A stretch of DNA of 24,000 nucleotides from Candidatus Geocrenenecus arthurdayi (GTDB taxonomy: Archaea; Thermoproteota; Nitrososphaeria_A; Caldarchaeales; Wolframiiraptoraceae). Below are positions 1 through 7,927 of this stretch, piece by piece. The stretch lies in contig JAKCEX010000013.1 of NCBI GenBank assembly GCA_023539395.1, positions 202-24,201 of the forward strand. The letters are read 5' to 3'. Position 1 is the first letter of the stretch, and every line of letters begins with the position of its first letter. A program made the translations under genes and the position numbers. The notes below the pieces were generated by a model. That model did not search any database. It was not told where the DNA came from and saw only the letters and a program-made list of their open reading frames with translations.

Positions 1-1079
1 CTCTCTTCAAGAGGCTGGAGAGTTAAGTCTCTTCCATCAACGTATAATACGTCAAAGAAGTATAAGCTTACAGGATATTCTTCAACTGCTTTATCTATCT
101 CATGCTTCCTTTTACGATGCATTAATTCCTGGAATGGTAGAACATCTCCTGTATCCCTATCAATCGCTACTGCTTCACATTCTAGAATTGCTGTATCTGC
201 ATTGATGCTCTCCTGAACCATTCTTACAACATCTGGGTATTGTGAAGTAATGTTTTCCTGTCTTCTTGAGAAGATTATTACATCATTACCTTTCTTGTGT
301 ATCTGCATTCTCTCTCCATCATACTTGTACTCGGCTATGCATAATCCACCCATCTTTGAGAGTATCTCTTCAGCTGATGAAAGCCTCTCAGCAAGCATAG
401 GTCTAATAGGTCTCCCGATGGTTATCTTTACATTTTTTATTCCTTCTAATCCTTCGGTAACAGCAATCTTTGCAACATAACCTATATCAGAAGTTATATT
501 GTAAGCTCTCTCAAATAGCTCTCTAGCTTCTTTCCCACCACCATATAGTATTGCAAGTGCATCAAGTATGGACATGTCAGCTACTCCTAGCCTCAGCTTA
601 CCTGTAACTATCCTCAGAATGTACTTAGCCTCCTTAGGTGTTGCCGAAGATAATAAACCAACTAAAATCTGGACTTTAGCATCCATAGCTCCTTCCCCAG
701 TAGTCTTAGCAATCTTCTCTAATGATTGGTATACTTCTTGAACTGTTAATTCTTCCATGTGGAGTGTTATCTGACTACGTTTCTCGAGAAGCTTCTCAGC
801 TACTAATCCTATATCTCCAAGCTTACCATATTCTTCTTTAATGACTTTATCTGATTGACCTGAAGCTAACTTAACAGCTCTTAGAGCTAGTTTGTCAGCT
901 ACGCCGAGTTCAATTCCTACGAAAGGTGGATAAATCTCTCCAACCGTAAGGTAGACGATCTTATCAATAATTTCTGGTGGACTCCTCTTTAATAATTCTA
1001 CTAGAAGATTAGTCATCTCAATCCTACTAGTCGTCGCCTCAATCTTCTCATAATACTGTACAAGCTGAGAAAAAAGCAT
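1..1079 (-). CDS. lig: ATP-dependent DNA ligase (archaeal type), N-terminal ~359 aa, truncated by the left window edge
   Basis: The minus frame is open from ATG at 1079 to position 1. Manual translation begins MLFSQLVQYYEKIEATTSRIEMTNLLVELLK and contains the nucleotidyltransferase motif GGLCIAEYKYDGERMQIHKKG (active-site Lys), ILECEAVAID, and YFFDVLYVDGRDL. It is absent from the ORF track, presumably because it is open-ended. Confidence 0.96.
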   Translation of the reverse strand, partial: MLFSQLVQYYEKIEATTSRIEMTNLLVELLKRSPPEIIDKIVYLTVGEIYPPFVGIELGVADKLALRAVKLASGQSDKVIKEEYGKLGDIGLVAEKLLEKRSQITLHMEELTVQEVYQSLEKIAKTTGEGAMDAKVQILVGLLSSATPKEAKYILRIVTGKLRLGVADMSILDALAILYGGGKEARELFERAYNITSDIGYVAKIAVTEGLEGIKNVKITIGRPIRPMLAERLSSAEEILSKMGGLCIAEYKYDGERMQIHKKGNDVIIFSRRQENITSQYPDVVRMVQESINADTAILECEAVAIDRDTGDVLPFQELMHRKRKHEIDKAVEEYPVSLYFFDVLYVDGRDLTLQPLEE

Positions 1080-1122
1080 CCCAATAAAGGTTACTCAATC
1101 TCTAATTAAAGGTTTCTTCCTC

Positions 1123-1263
1123 TTACTTCCTCTTCATAATATCTAGGATTTCAACAGTATAGCTTCTTAGAATACTGTATTGTAGAGTTGATTCGGATTC
1201 CTCCAGCATATTCTTAGTCTCATGAGGTAGAGATTCAATGGGCTGTATTGTAAAACTTTGCAT
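1123..1263 (-). CDS. Candidate small protein (46 aa) just upstream of the ligase gene, unknown function
   Basis: ATG at 1263, TAA at 1123-1125. Translation MQSFTIQPIESLPHETKNMLEESESTLQYSILRSYTVEILDIMKRK has coding-like composition. It sits 43 nt upstream of the ligase start on the same strand. It is below the ORF-track length threshold and I recognise no family. Confidence 0.35.
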   Translation of the reverse strand: MQSFTIQPIESLPHETKNMLEESESTLQYSILRSYTVEILDIMKRK

Positions 1264-1330
1264 CTTAATATCTATCTCTACCCTTTTGAAGAATTCAATC
1301 GGGGCACGCTACATTCTGTATAGTTGCACT

Positions 1331-1341
1331 AAAACATATAA
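1331..1341 (+). promoter_or_regulatory. Putative TATA box for the aconitase gene
   Basis: aaaacatataa lies about 25-30 nt upstream of ATG 1367, which would give a nearly leaderless transcript. Confidence 0.4.
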
Positions 1342-1366
1342 GGAAGGAATAGTGAATGTAAGATTG

Positions 1367-4066
1367 ATGGAATTCTCGAATGTAACTGAGATATTTAAAA
1401 CATATAAGGGGAATGCAAGAATATGGAATCCAACTAAGATTAAGGAAGTAGATCTATATTCAATACCATACTCTATAAGAATTCTTATTGAGAACACTCT
1501 CAGAAACCTCGATGGAAAAGTTGTTACTGAAGAAGATGTAAAAGCACTTATAAATTGGAGAGACAATATAGGGAGGGAGATCCCATACTTTCCCAGTAGA
1601 GTGATCCTACAGGATTTTACGGGTGTTCCAGCACTTATTGATCTTGCAGCAATGAGAGATGCTGTAAAGAAGCTTGGAGGAAACCCTAAAACTATTAACC
1701 CTCTTGTCCCTGTACACTTGATAATAGATCATTCAGTTCAGGTAGACTACTATGGTACTGCTTATGCTCTTGAACGTAACATGGAAGTAGAAATTGAGAG
1801 GAATATAGAGAGATATAGATTCTTAAAGTGGTCTGAGAAAGCATTTAAGAATTTGAAGGTTGCATCTCCAGGTTTTGGGATAATACATCAAGTTAATATT
1901 GAGTATCTTGCACAAGTCATACATTTAACTAAGTTTAATGGTAGGCTTGCAGCATTCCCAGATACTGTTATAGGTACTGACTCTCATACAACGATGGTTT
2001 CTTCCCTGGGGATTCTCGGATGGGGTGTGGGAGGAATAGAAGCTGAAGCAGTGATGCTTGGACAACCATACTACATATCGATACCTGAAGTTATCGGAGT
2101 AAAATTGATGGGAGAACCGAGGGAAGGAGTAACACCTACAGATTTAGTCCTAACTATCACAGAGATACTTAGAAAGAAGAACTTAGTAGATAAGATAGTT
2201 GAATTTACTGGGCCGGGGGTTGGCAAATTATCTGCACCAGATAGAGCAACTATCTCTAATATGTCTCCAGAGTATGGCCCGAGAACAGCATACTTCCCAA
2301 TAGATGCTGAAACACTAAAGTACCTCCAGCTTACCGGTAGAAGTTTACAGCATGTTAAGTTTGTTGAAAAATACTCAAAGAAGATCGGAATATTTAGAGA
2401 TGAGTCATCCCCAGAACCTGAATACATAGATGTAATAACGATAGATTTAAGCGAAGTCGAACCTTCAATATCAGGCCCATTAAATCCAGAAGATAGAATA
2501 CCATTAAGCAAAGTAAAAGAAAGATTTATTCAGATATTGAATGAGTATATTGAAGAATCTAGAAAGAGGGGGGTCAACGTAGACTTATCTGTAAGAGCAT
2601 CCTTGGAATTCGATGGATTAAAGACTGAATTAACACATGGAAGCATAGTTATAGCAGCTATAACGAGTTGTGTAAATACTTCTAATCCTACACTAATGAT
2701 AGGTGCAGGCCTCCTCGCTAAGAAAGCTGTAGAAAGAGGTTTATCTACTAAACCATGGGTTAAAACTAGCTTTGCACCTGGAAGCCCAGTAGTAGTTGAA
2801 TATCTTAAGAAATCAGGCTTACTCCAATATCTAGAAGCTCTGAGATTCCATGTTGTAGGATTCGGCTGTACAACGTGTATAGGCAATAGTGGACCACTCC
2901 CACCAAAGATTTCAGATGCAATTAAATCCTATCAGCTCTACGCTGTAAGCGTACTGAGTGGTAACAGGAACTTTGCAGGCAGGATACACCCATTAACCAG
3001 AGGCAGCTTTCTAGCTTCCCCATTACTCGTTGTTGCATATGCTCTAGCAGGAAGACTCGACATAGACTTATACAATGAACCATTAGGACTAGACCCGAAT
3101 GGAGCGCCAGTATATCTCAAAGACATATGGCCAAGTAATAGAGAAATTAGAGAAGTCATAGAGAAGGTGATTAGCCCATCTGATTTTAAGAAGAGATACA
3201 GTAAGATATTTGAGGGAAGCGAGAAATGGAGAGAGATACAGGTAGAAGCAACAGACCTTTACCCATGGGATGAGAAATCTACCTATATACGGAAACCCCC
3301 ATTCTTTGAAGACTTAACTCCCGAACCCTCAGAACCTAGAGATATAAGAAATGCTAGAACCCTGGTTTTACTAGGTGACCGAATAACTACAGACCATATA
3401 TCACCTGCAGGATCAATCCCTGTTGAGAGTTTAGCAGGCAGATACTTGATTGAGAGAGGGGTTAGACCAGAAGAATTCAATACATATGGTTCAAGAAGAG
3501 GAAACCATGAAGTAATGGTTAGAGGTACCTTCGATAATATTAGGCTAAGAAACCTCTTAACACCTGAAAAGGAAGGAGGCTGGACGATACACTTGCCAAC
3601 AGGTCAATTAATGAGAGTTTATGAAGCTTCACAGAAGTATATGGAGGAAGGCATACCCGTCATTGTAGTTGCAGGAAAACAATACGGTGCTGGAAGCTCA
3701 AGAGATTGGGCTGCTAAAGGACCACACCTCCTCGGGGTAAAAGCTGTGATTGCAGAAAACTTTGAAAGTATACATAGAAGTAATCTAGTAGGCATGGGTA
3801 TACTTCCACTACAATTTGAAGAAGGACAAAACTGGAAAACTCTTGGGCTAACAGGAAGAGAAGTCTTCCATATTGAGGGGATAGAAGAAGGATTATACCC
3901 AAGAAAGAAGCTTAGAGTAAGAGCAGTAAGAGAAAATGGTTCAGAAATAGTCTTTAATGTAATCGCTAGACTTGACACGAATATAGAGGTCGAATACTAT
4001 AAACATGGGGGGATACTAAAGTACGTCATAAGAAACATACTTAAGAAAACAGCTAAAACAAAATAG
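1367..4066 (+). CDS. acnA: Aconitate hydratase (AcnA/IRP-type)
   Basis: Contains SIPYSIRILIENTLRN, GTDSHTTMVSSLGILGWGVGGIEAEAVMLG, the Fe-S ligand Cys in SCVNTSNP and GFGCTTCIGNSGPL, RNFAGRIHP, and QYGAGSSRDWAAKG. The track ORF starts at 1238, but its first 43 residues do not resemble an AcnA N-terminus. Start reassigned to ATG 1367 (MEFSNVTEIFKTYKGNARIWNP). Confidence 0.96.
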   Translation: MEFSNVTEIFKTYKGNARIWNPTKIKEVDLYSIPYSIRILIENTLRNLDGKVVTEEDVKALINWRDNIGREIPYFPSRVILQDFTGVPALIDLAAMRDAVKKLGGNPKTINPLVPVHLIIDHSVQVDYYGTAYALERNMEVEIERNIERYRFLKWSEKAFKNLKVASPGFGIIHQVNIEYLAQVIHLTKFNGRLAAFPDTVIGTDSHTTMVSSLGILGWGVGGIEAEAVMLGQPYYISIPEVIGVKLMGEPREGVTPTDLVLTITEILRKKNLVDKIVEFTGPGVGKLSAPDRATISNMSPEYGPRTAYFPIDAETLKYLQLTGRSLQHVKFVEKYSKKIGIFRDESSPEPEYIDVITIDLSEVEPSISGPLNPEDRIPLSKVKERFIQILNEYIEESRKRGVNVDLSVRASLEFDGLKTELTHGSIVIAAITSCVNTSNPTLMIGAGLLAKKAVERGLSTKPWVKTSFAPGSPVVVEYLKKSGLLQYLEALRFHVVGFGCTTCIGNSGPLPPKISDAIKSYQLYAVSVLSGNRNFAGRIHPLTRGSFLASPLLVVAYALAGRLDIDLYNEPLGLDPNGAPVYLKDIWPSNREIREVIEKVISPSDFKKRYSKIFEGSEKWREIQVEATDLYPWDEKSTYIRKPPFFEDLTPEPSEPRDIRNARTLVLLGDRITTDHISPAGSIPVESLAGRYLIERGVRPEEFNTYGSRRGNHEVMVRGTFDNIRLRNLLTPEKEGGWTIHLPTGQLMRVYEASQKYMEEGIPVIVVAGKQYGAGSSRDWAAKGPHLLGVKAVIAENFESIHRSNLVGMGILPLQFEEGQNWKTLGLTGREVFHIEGIEEGLYPRKKLRVRAVRENGSEIVFNVIARLDTNIEVEYYKHGGILKYVIRNILKKTAKTK

Positions 4067-4104
4067 CATTCAGCGGTTTATACACATATAATCTCTAATA
4101 CTTT

Positions 4105-5019
4105 TTATAACTCTGTTAATTGTGCACCATGGTTACGTGCTTCTGTAAATACATACCTAAAGGCGTTCACAGGTTTAAGTCTTCCAGCAATATATTCTAC
4201 TTCGTCTTCTCTTACGAAACCATAGACTGTCGGCCCCCATGAACTCTGACCAACACCACGTACTCCAATATTCTTCATTAATTCTACCACCTCCCTAGAT
4301 AATGGATGGTATGCTCCAAGCTGAATATCTCTAAAGAAGCTAGAAGTTAAAGTATCTAATTCTTCTATTGCTTCAGTGAATTTCAAGAAATCTTTTTCTA
4401 TTATTGATGGGAGTAGTTTCATTAAAATGATTGTAGAAGCATCTTTAAGAGAAGCTGCATTGAGTTTGTTAAAACTCTCTTCTTCAACTTTACTATGCAA
4501 TCCCAATTCTTCAATGGTCGGTATAGCTAGTAAGATTTTCCACTCACTTGGAAGATCACATCTAAATAATAGGGGTGGAAGCTTAGTGGAAGGGGTTCTC
4601 CCACCATCTATGGTTAAACCCCCTTTCTGGAAGAGCCAGTAACCTGCTCCAGACCTCCTACATCTATTGAATATCTCGGCTATTTCTTCTAATGTTAAGT
4701 CTAATCCATAGAGTCTTGAAGCCGCTAAACCTATAGAAAGGATAGTTTGGGTACCCGACCCAAGCCCTACATGTCTAGGGATGTATTCTTCACATATAAT
4801 CTTCAAACCATTTATCTTCAGCTTCTCTGAAATCCTTGAAGCAGTATCCTTCAACCATTTAGGTCCATGAATAATAAGATTATAAGACTTCTCGACTATA
4901 ACCGATAACTTAGGCTGGTTTAAATATAGTCCTACGGATCCCCATCTACGTCCCGAGACTCCTAAAGGGTCAATAAATCCAAGATGAATTCTTGAGCCAG
5001 CATCTATCTTAATCTTCAA
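4105..5019 (-). CDS. Beta-ribofuranosylaminobenzene 5'-phosphate (beta-RFAP) synthase, GHMP-kinase superfamily
   Basis: Contains IKIDAGSRIHLGFIDPLG, VGLGSGTQTILSIGLAASRLYGLDLT and RRSGAGYWLFQKGGLTIDGG. The track ORF starts at 5139, but TTG at 5019 (TTGAAGATTAAGATAGATGCTGG) follows a strong SD (TAGGAGG, 6-nt spacing), so it is the likely start. Confidence 0.9.
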   Translation of the reverse strand: MKIKIDAGSRIHLGFIDPLGVSGRRWGSVGLYLNQPKLSVIVEKSYNLIIHGPKWLKDTASRISEKLKINGLKIICEEYIPRHVGLGSGTQTILSIGLAASRLYGLDLTLEEIAEIFNRCRRSGAGYWLFQKGGLTIDGGRTPSTKLPPLLFRCDLPSEWKILLAIPTIEELGLHSKVEEESFNKLNAASLKDASTIILMKLLPSIIEKDFLKFTEAIEELDTLTSSFFRDIQLGAYHPLSREVVELMKNIGVRGVGQSSWGPTVYGFVREDEVEYIAGRLKPVNAFRYVFTEARNHGAQLTEL

Positions 5020-5115
5020 GTTTCGCCTCCTACAAATTATGAAAATGACCGAGTATTCATCTTTTTGTTTTGATAGGATTAACTTATTATTTAGGTAAGC
5101 TGAGGATAGGTGAAG

Positions 5116-5991
5116 ATGTCTGAGATTCCAAATATTCAAGATGAAGAAGCGGAGATACCTATTCCGATAGATATGGTTGGGTTTAAGAATATTAGGATGC
5201 CTGCAGGGAGAATATTCTTAAATGGTCTTGAAATAATCATAGTACCAAGGTTTGATGTTTACGTAGATCTACCTGTTGATAGACGTGCCGTACATACATC
5301 AAGACTATATCATTCAGTCATGGAGATTATGAAAGATTATTCAGGAAAAGCTGTGAAATTGGAAGAGATGGGAAGGAGAATTGCTGAGAAACTTCTTAAA
5401 GATAATCCTCATTCTAGTAAAGCATACGTTAATATTTATTCAAATGTTTTTTACAGAGCTGAGTCGCCAATTACAAGATCTATCTCTTATGAACCCTTCA
5501 ATTTATTCGTAAGGATAAGAGCAGCCAATAATTTTGATAGAATTGAGATACTACAATCTATAGGAGTGGAAACTTACGGATTAACAGCATGTCCCTGTGC
5601 AAGAGAAGTAATAAAAACACTGTATCATGGATTAGAAGCGACCCATATGCAGAGAACGAAAGCCAAAGTCTTCATTCAGTTCTCTAACAACTTTGAGATA
5701 GATATAATTGAATTATTAAATGTTGTTAGATCCTCTTTCAGTTCTCCATTATACTCTCACCTGAAGAGAGTGGATGAAGCAAAAGTAGTAGTAGACTCAC
5801 TAGAATCAACAAGATTTGTTGAAGATACTCTGAGAGAGATTGTTAAAAAGATAATTGAGAGATGGAGTAATCTTCCAGATAATTCAAGAATCTACGCTTA
5901 TGTAGAAAGTATCGAAAGTATTCACCCTCAAAATATTGCAGCATGCATCGATATAGATGTGAGGAAAGCAAGATTACTTCTTAAGAGATAG
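5116..5991 (+). CDS. mptA: GTP cyclohydrolase MptA (FolE2/GTP cyclohydrolase IV family)
   Basis: Contains RRAVHTSRLYHSVMEIM, YGLTACPCAREVIKTLYHG and THMQRTKAKVFIQF. ATG 5116 follows the SD-like GGATAGGTGA and is preferred over GTG 5110. Confidence 0.92.
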   Translation: MSEIPNIQDEEAEIPIPIDMVGFKNIRMPAGRIFLNGLEIIIVPRFDVYVDLPVDRRAVHTSRLYHSVMEIMKDYSGKAVKLEEMGRRIAEKLLKDNPHSSKAYVNIYSNVFYRAESPITRSISYEPFNLFVRIRAANNFDRIEILQSIGVETYGLTACPCAREVIKTLYHGLEATHMQRTKAKVFIQFSNNFEIDIIELLNVVRSSFSSPLYSHLKRVDEAKVVVDSLESTRFVEDTLREIVKKIIERWSNLPDNSRIYAYVESIESIHPQNIAACIDIDVRKARLLLKR

Positions 5992-6001
5992 GTGGCGAAT
6001 A

Positions 6002-6781
6002 ATGGATTGGAGAGAATGGAAGCCACTATACCTTGAAATAGTTAAAGAAATGGGCTACTCGATAGAGCAAGACTTCTCATCAGCTCAATTATTAAACAAG
6101 CTATTATCAGGAAGAGCTATCACGTTAGACGAATTGAGAAAGAAAGTCTGTGATAGAACTACTGCAGTAGTCTTTGGAGCAGGACCATCACTTACCCTGG
6201 ATATTTCAAACTTCATTGATTCAAAGTTGCTTAATGATGTAGTCGTTATCGTGGCTGATGGAGCTTCAAAAGCATTCTTAGAGAGAGGATTAAGGGTAGA
6301 TATTGTTGTAACAGACCTTGATGGAGGTGATGAAGTATTAATCGAGGCTTCAAAGAATTGTTTAGCGATGGTTGTTCATTCACATGGAGACAATATCCAT
6401 AGAATAGAGAGACTCGTACCTTTACTGCATAAGAAGATACTTGGGACAACACAATGTAAACCATTTGGCTTCCTCTATAATTTTGGAGGATTCACAGATG
6501 GTGATAGAGCTGTATTCCTAGCAGATACTCTAGGATTTGAGAAGATAATACTAGCAGGAATGGATTTCGGAGAAGAAGTAGGAGAATATTCTAAGAACAC
6601 TAAGGAGGCTGATGATGAATGGCTTAAAGCAAAGAAAAAGAAGCTCTCTTTAGGTAAGAAGCTTCTTGAACTTTACGCATCGAAGTCTAGTAGAAAACTA
6701 TACAATGCTACATCTAGAGGTGAAGAGATTAGAGGCTTCATCAAAGCATCCTTTAAAGAAATTGCCCAAATGCTAGGCTAG
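6002..6781 (+). CDS. mptE: 6-hydroxymethyl-7,8-dihydropterin pyrophosphokinase, MptE-like
   Basis: Contains VVFGAGPSL, VVIVADGASKAFLERGLRVDIVVTDLDGG, VHSHGDN and NFGGFTDGDRAVFLADTLGFEKIILAGMDFG. It lies 10 nt after mptA with an SD-like AGGTGG. Confidence 0.88.
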   Translation: MDWREWKPLYLEIVKEMGYSIEQDFSSAQLLNKLLSGRAITLDELRKKVCDRTTAVVFGAGPSLTLDISNFIDSKLLNDVVVIVADGASKAFLERGLRVDIVVTDLDGGDEVLIEASKNCLAMVVHSHGDNIHRIERLVPLLHKKILGTTQCKPFGFLYNFGGFTDGDRAVFLADTLGFEKIILAGMDFGEEVGEYSKNTKEADDEWLKAKKKKLSLGKKLLELYASKSSRKLYNATSRGEEIRGFIKASFKEIAQMLG

Positions 6782-6830
6782 TATCTGTAAAATTTATCTT
6801 AAAGATGTCTTCCGTAATTTATGAATAATC

Positions 6831-7628
6831 ATGGTTGAAGAAAAAAGATGTAGAATAGGGTTGATTGGCGGATCGGGGATATACGACCCAGGTCTTCTAA
6901 AGAATGTAGAGAAGATAAAAGCCTATACACCATATGGTTCTCCAAGCTCCCACATCACCGTCGGAGAATACTCAGGGATAAGGATAGCTTTTATCCCAAG
7001 ACATGGAGAAGGGCATACTATTCCACCCCATGCTATAAACTATAGAGCAAATATCTGGGCCCTAAGAGAACTTGGAGTTGAAAGAGTTCTTGCCCCAAGC
7101 GCTGTCGGAAGCCTCCAAGAAGAGTATAAGCCTGGAGAACTCGTTCTCCCAGACCAGTATATTGATAGGACATGGGGTCGAGCTGGAACATTCTATGATG
7201 GAGGACAGGTAGCACATGTGAGTATGGCTGACCCCTTCTGCCCAGAGCTTACAGACATAGTATACGATGTTGCAGTCTCAATAGGTCTACCTATACATAA
7301 GGGTGGAACATATATCTGTATCCAGGGACCGAGATTCTCAACTAGAGCTGAATCAAAACTGTATAGAAGCTGGGGAGCACATATAATTGGGATGACTCTT
7401 ATCCCTGAAGTTAATCTAGCTAGAGAAGCTAGAATGTGTTATCTAACAATAGCTATGATAACAGATTATGATGTATGGGCTGAGAAACCTGTGAGCGCCG
7501 AGGAAGTTGTAAAAACCATGAGAGAGAATGTTGAAAAAGTTAGGAAACTACTAGAGAAAGCTATTCCAAAGATACCTGACAAAAGAGGATGCCAATGTGG
7601 AAAATACCTTGATGAAGCATTAATGTAG
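6831..7628 (+). CDS. mtnP: S-methyl-5'-thioadenosine phosphorylase
   Basis: Contains IGLIGGSGIYDPG, FIPRHGEGHTIPPHAINYRAN, APSAVGSLQEEYKPGELVLPDQYIDRT and YICIQGPRFSTRAESKLYRSWGAHIIGMTLIPEVNLAREA. C-terminal CQC motif. Confidence 0.94.
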   Translation: MVEEKRCRIGLIGGSGIYDPGLLKNVEKIKAYTPYGSPSSHITVGEYSGIRIAFIPRHGEGHTIPPHAINYRANIWALRELGVERVLAPSAVGSLQEEYKPGELVLPDQYIDRTWGRAGTFYDGGQVAHVSMADPFCPELTDIVYDVAVSIGLPIHKGGTYICIQGPRFSTRAESKLYRSWGAHIIGMTLIPEVNLAREARMCYLTIAMITDYDVWAEKPVSAEEVVKTMRENVEKVRKLLEKAIPKIPDKRGCQCGKYLDEALM

Positions 7629-7858
7629 AAATTAAGAAGAAGCTTAATCCTATCCTAGGAGATCAAGGAAGTCAATACATGATAACGGGCAAACATAATG
7701 TAAATAATGGTGAGGAGAATATCTAAACAAGCTTCAAGAAAAACTAAGATGTGAAAATATGGTTGAGAAGACAATCTGGGAAAATAAGAGATTAAGAAAG
7801 TAGACTATAACATTGGTGGCATTTACTTCATAAATAATTTAGTTAGAAGTACCGTTAA

Positions 7859-7871
7859 GAAATATATTTAA
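7859..7871 (+). promoter_or_regulatory. Putative TATA box upstream of pheS
   Basis: aaaatatatttaaat-type element in the 300-bp intergenic region, with SD-like GAGGGG at 7901-7906 downstream. Confidence 0.5.
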
Positions 7872-7927
7872 ATCCAACTGAGTTCGATAAGTATTGTTTA
7901 GAGGGGTAGCTTATTGTTTCTGAGATC

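Noticed and set aside
250-480. 76-aa + strand ORF (MFSCLLEKIITSL...)
   Set aside because: Antisense to the DNA ligase coding region; no recognisable domain.
1238-1366. N-terminal 43 residues of the track's aconitase ORF
   Set aside because: Not AcnA-like. A TATA-like box lies inside this segment, and ATG 1367 gives the expected N-terminus.
1309-3978. Several ORFs inside the aconitase gene (1309-1566, 2071-2511, 2530-2886, 2938-3159, 3283-3480, 3619-3978 on -, and 3714-3902 on +)
   Set aside because: Shadow or alternate-frame ORFs of a strongly supported CDS, with no domain motifs.
4376-4642. 88-aa + strand ORF
   Set aside because: Antisense to beta-RFAP synthase; low-information composition.
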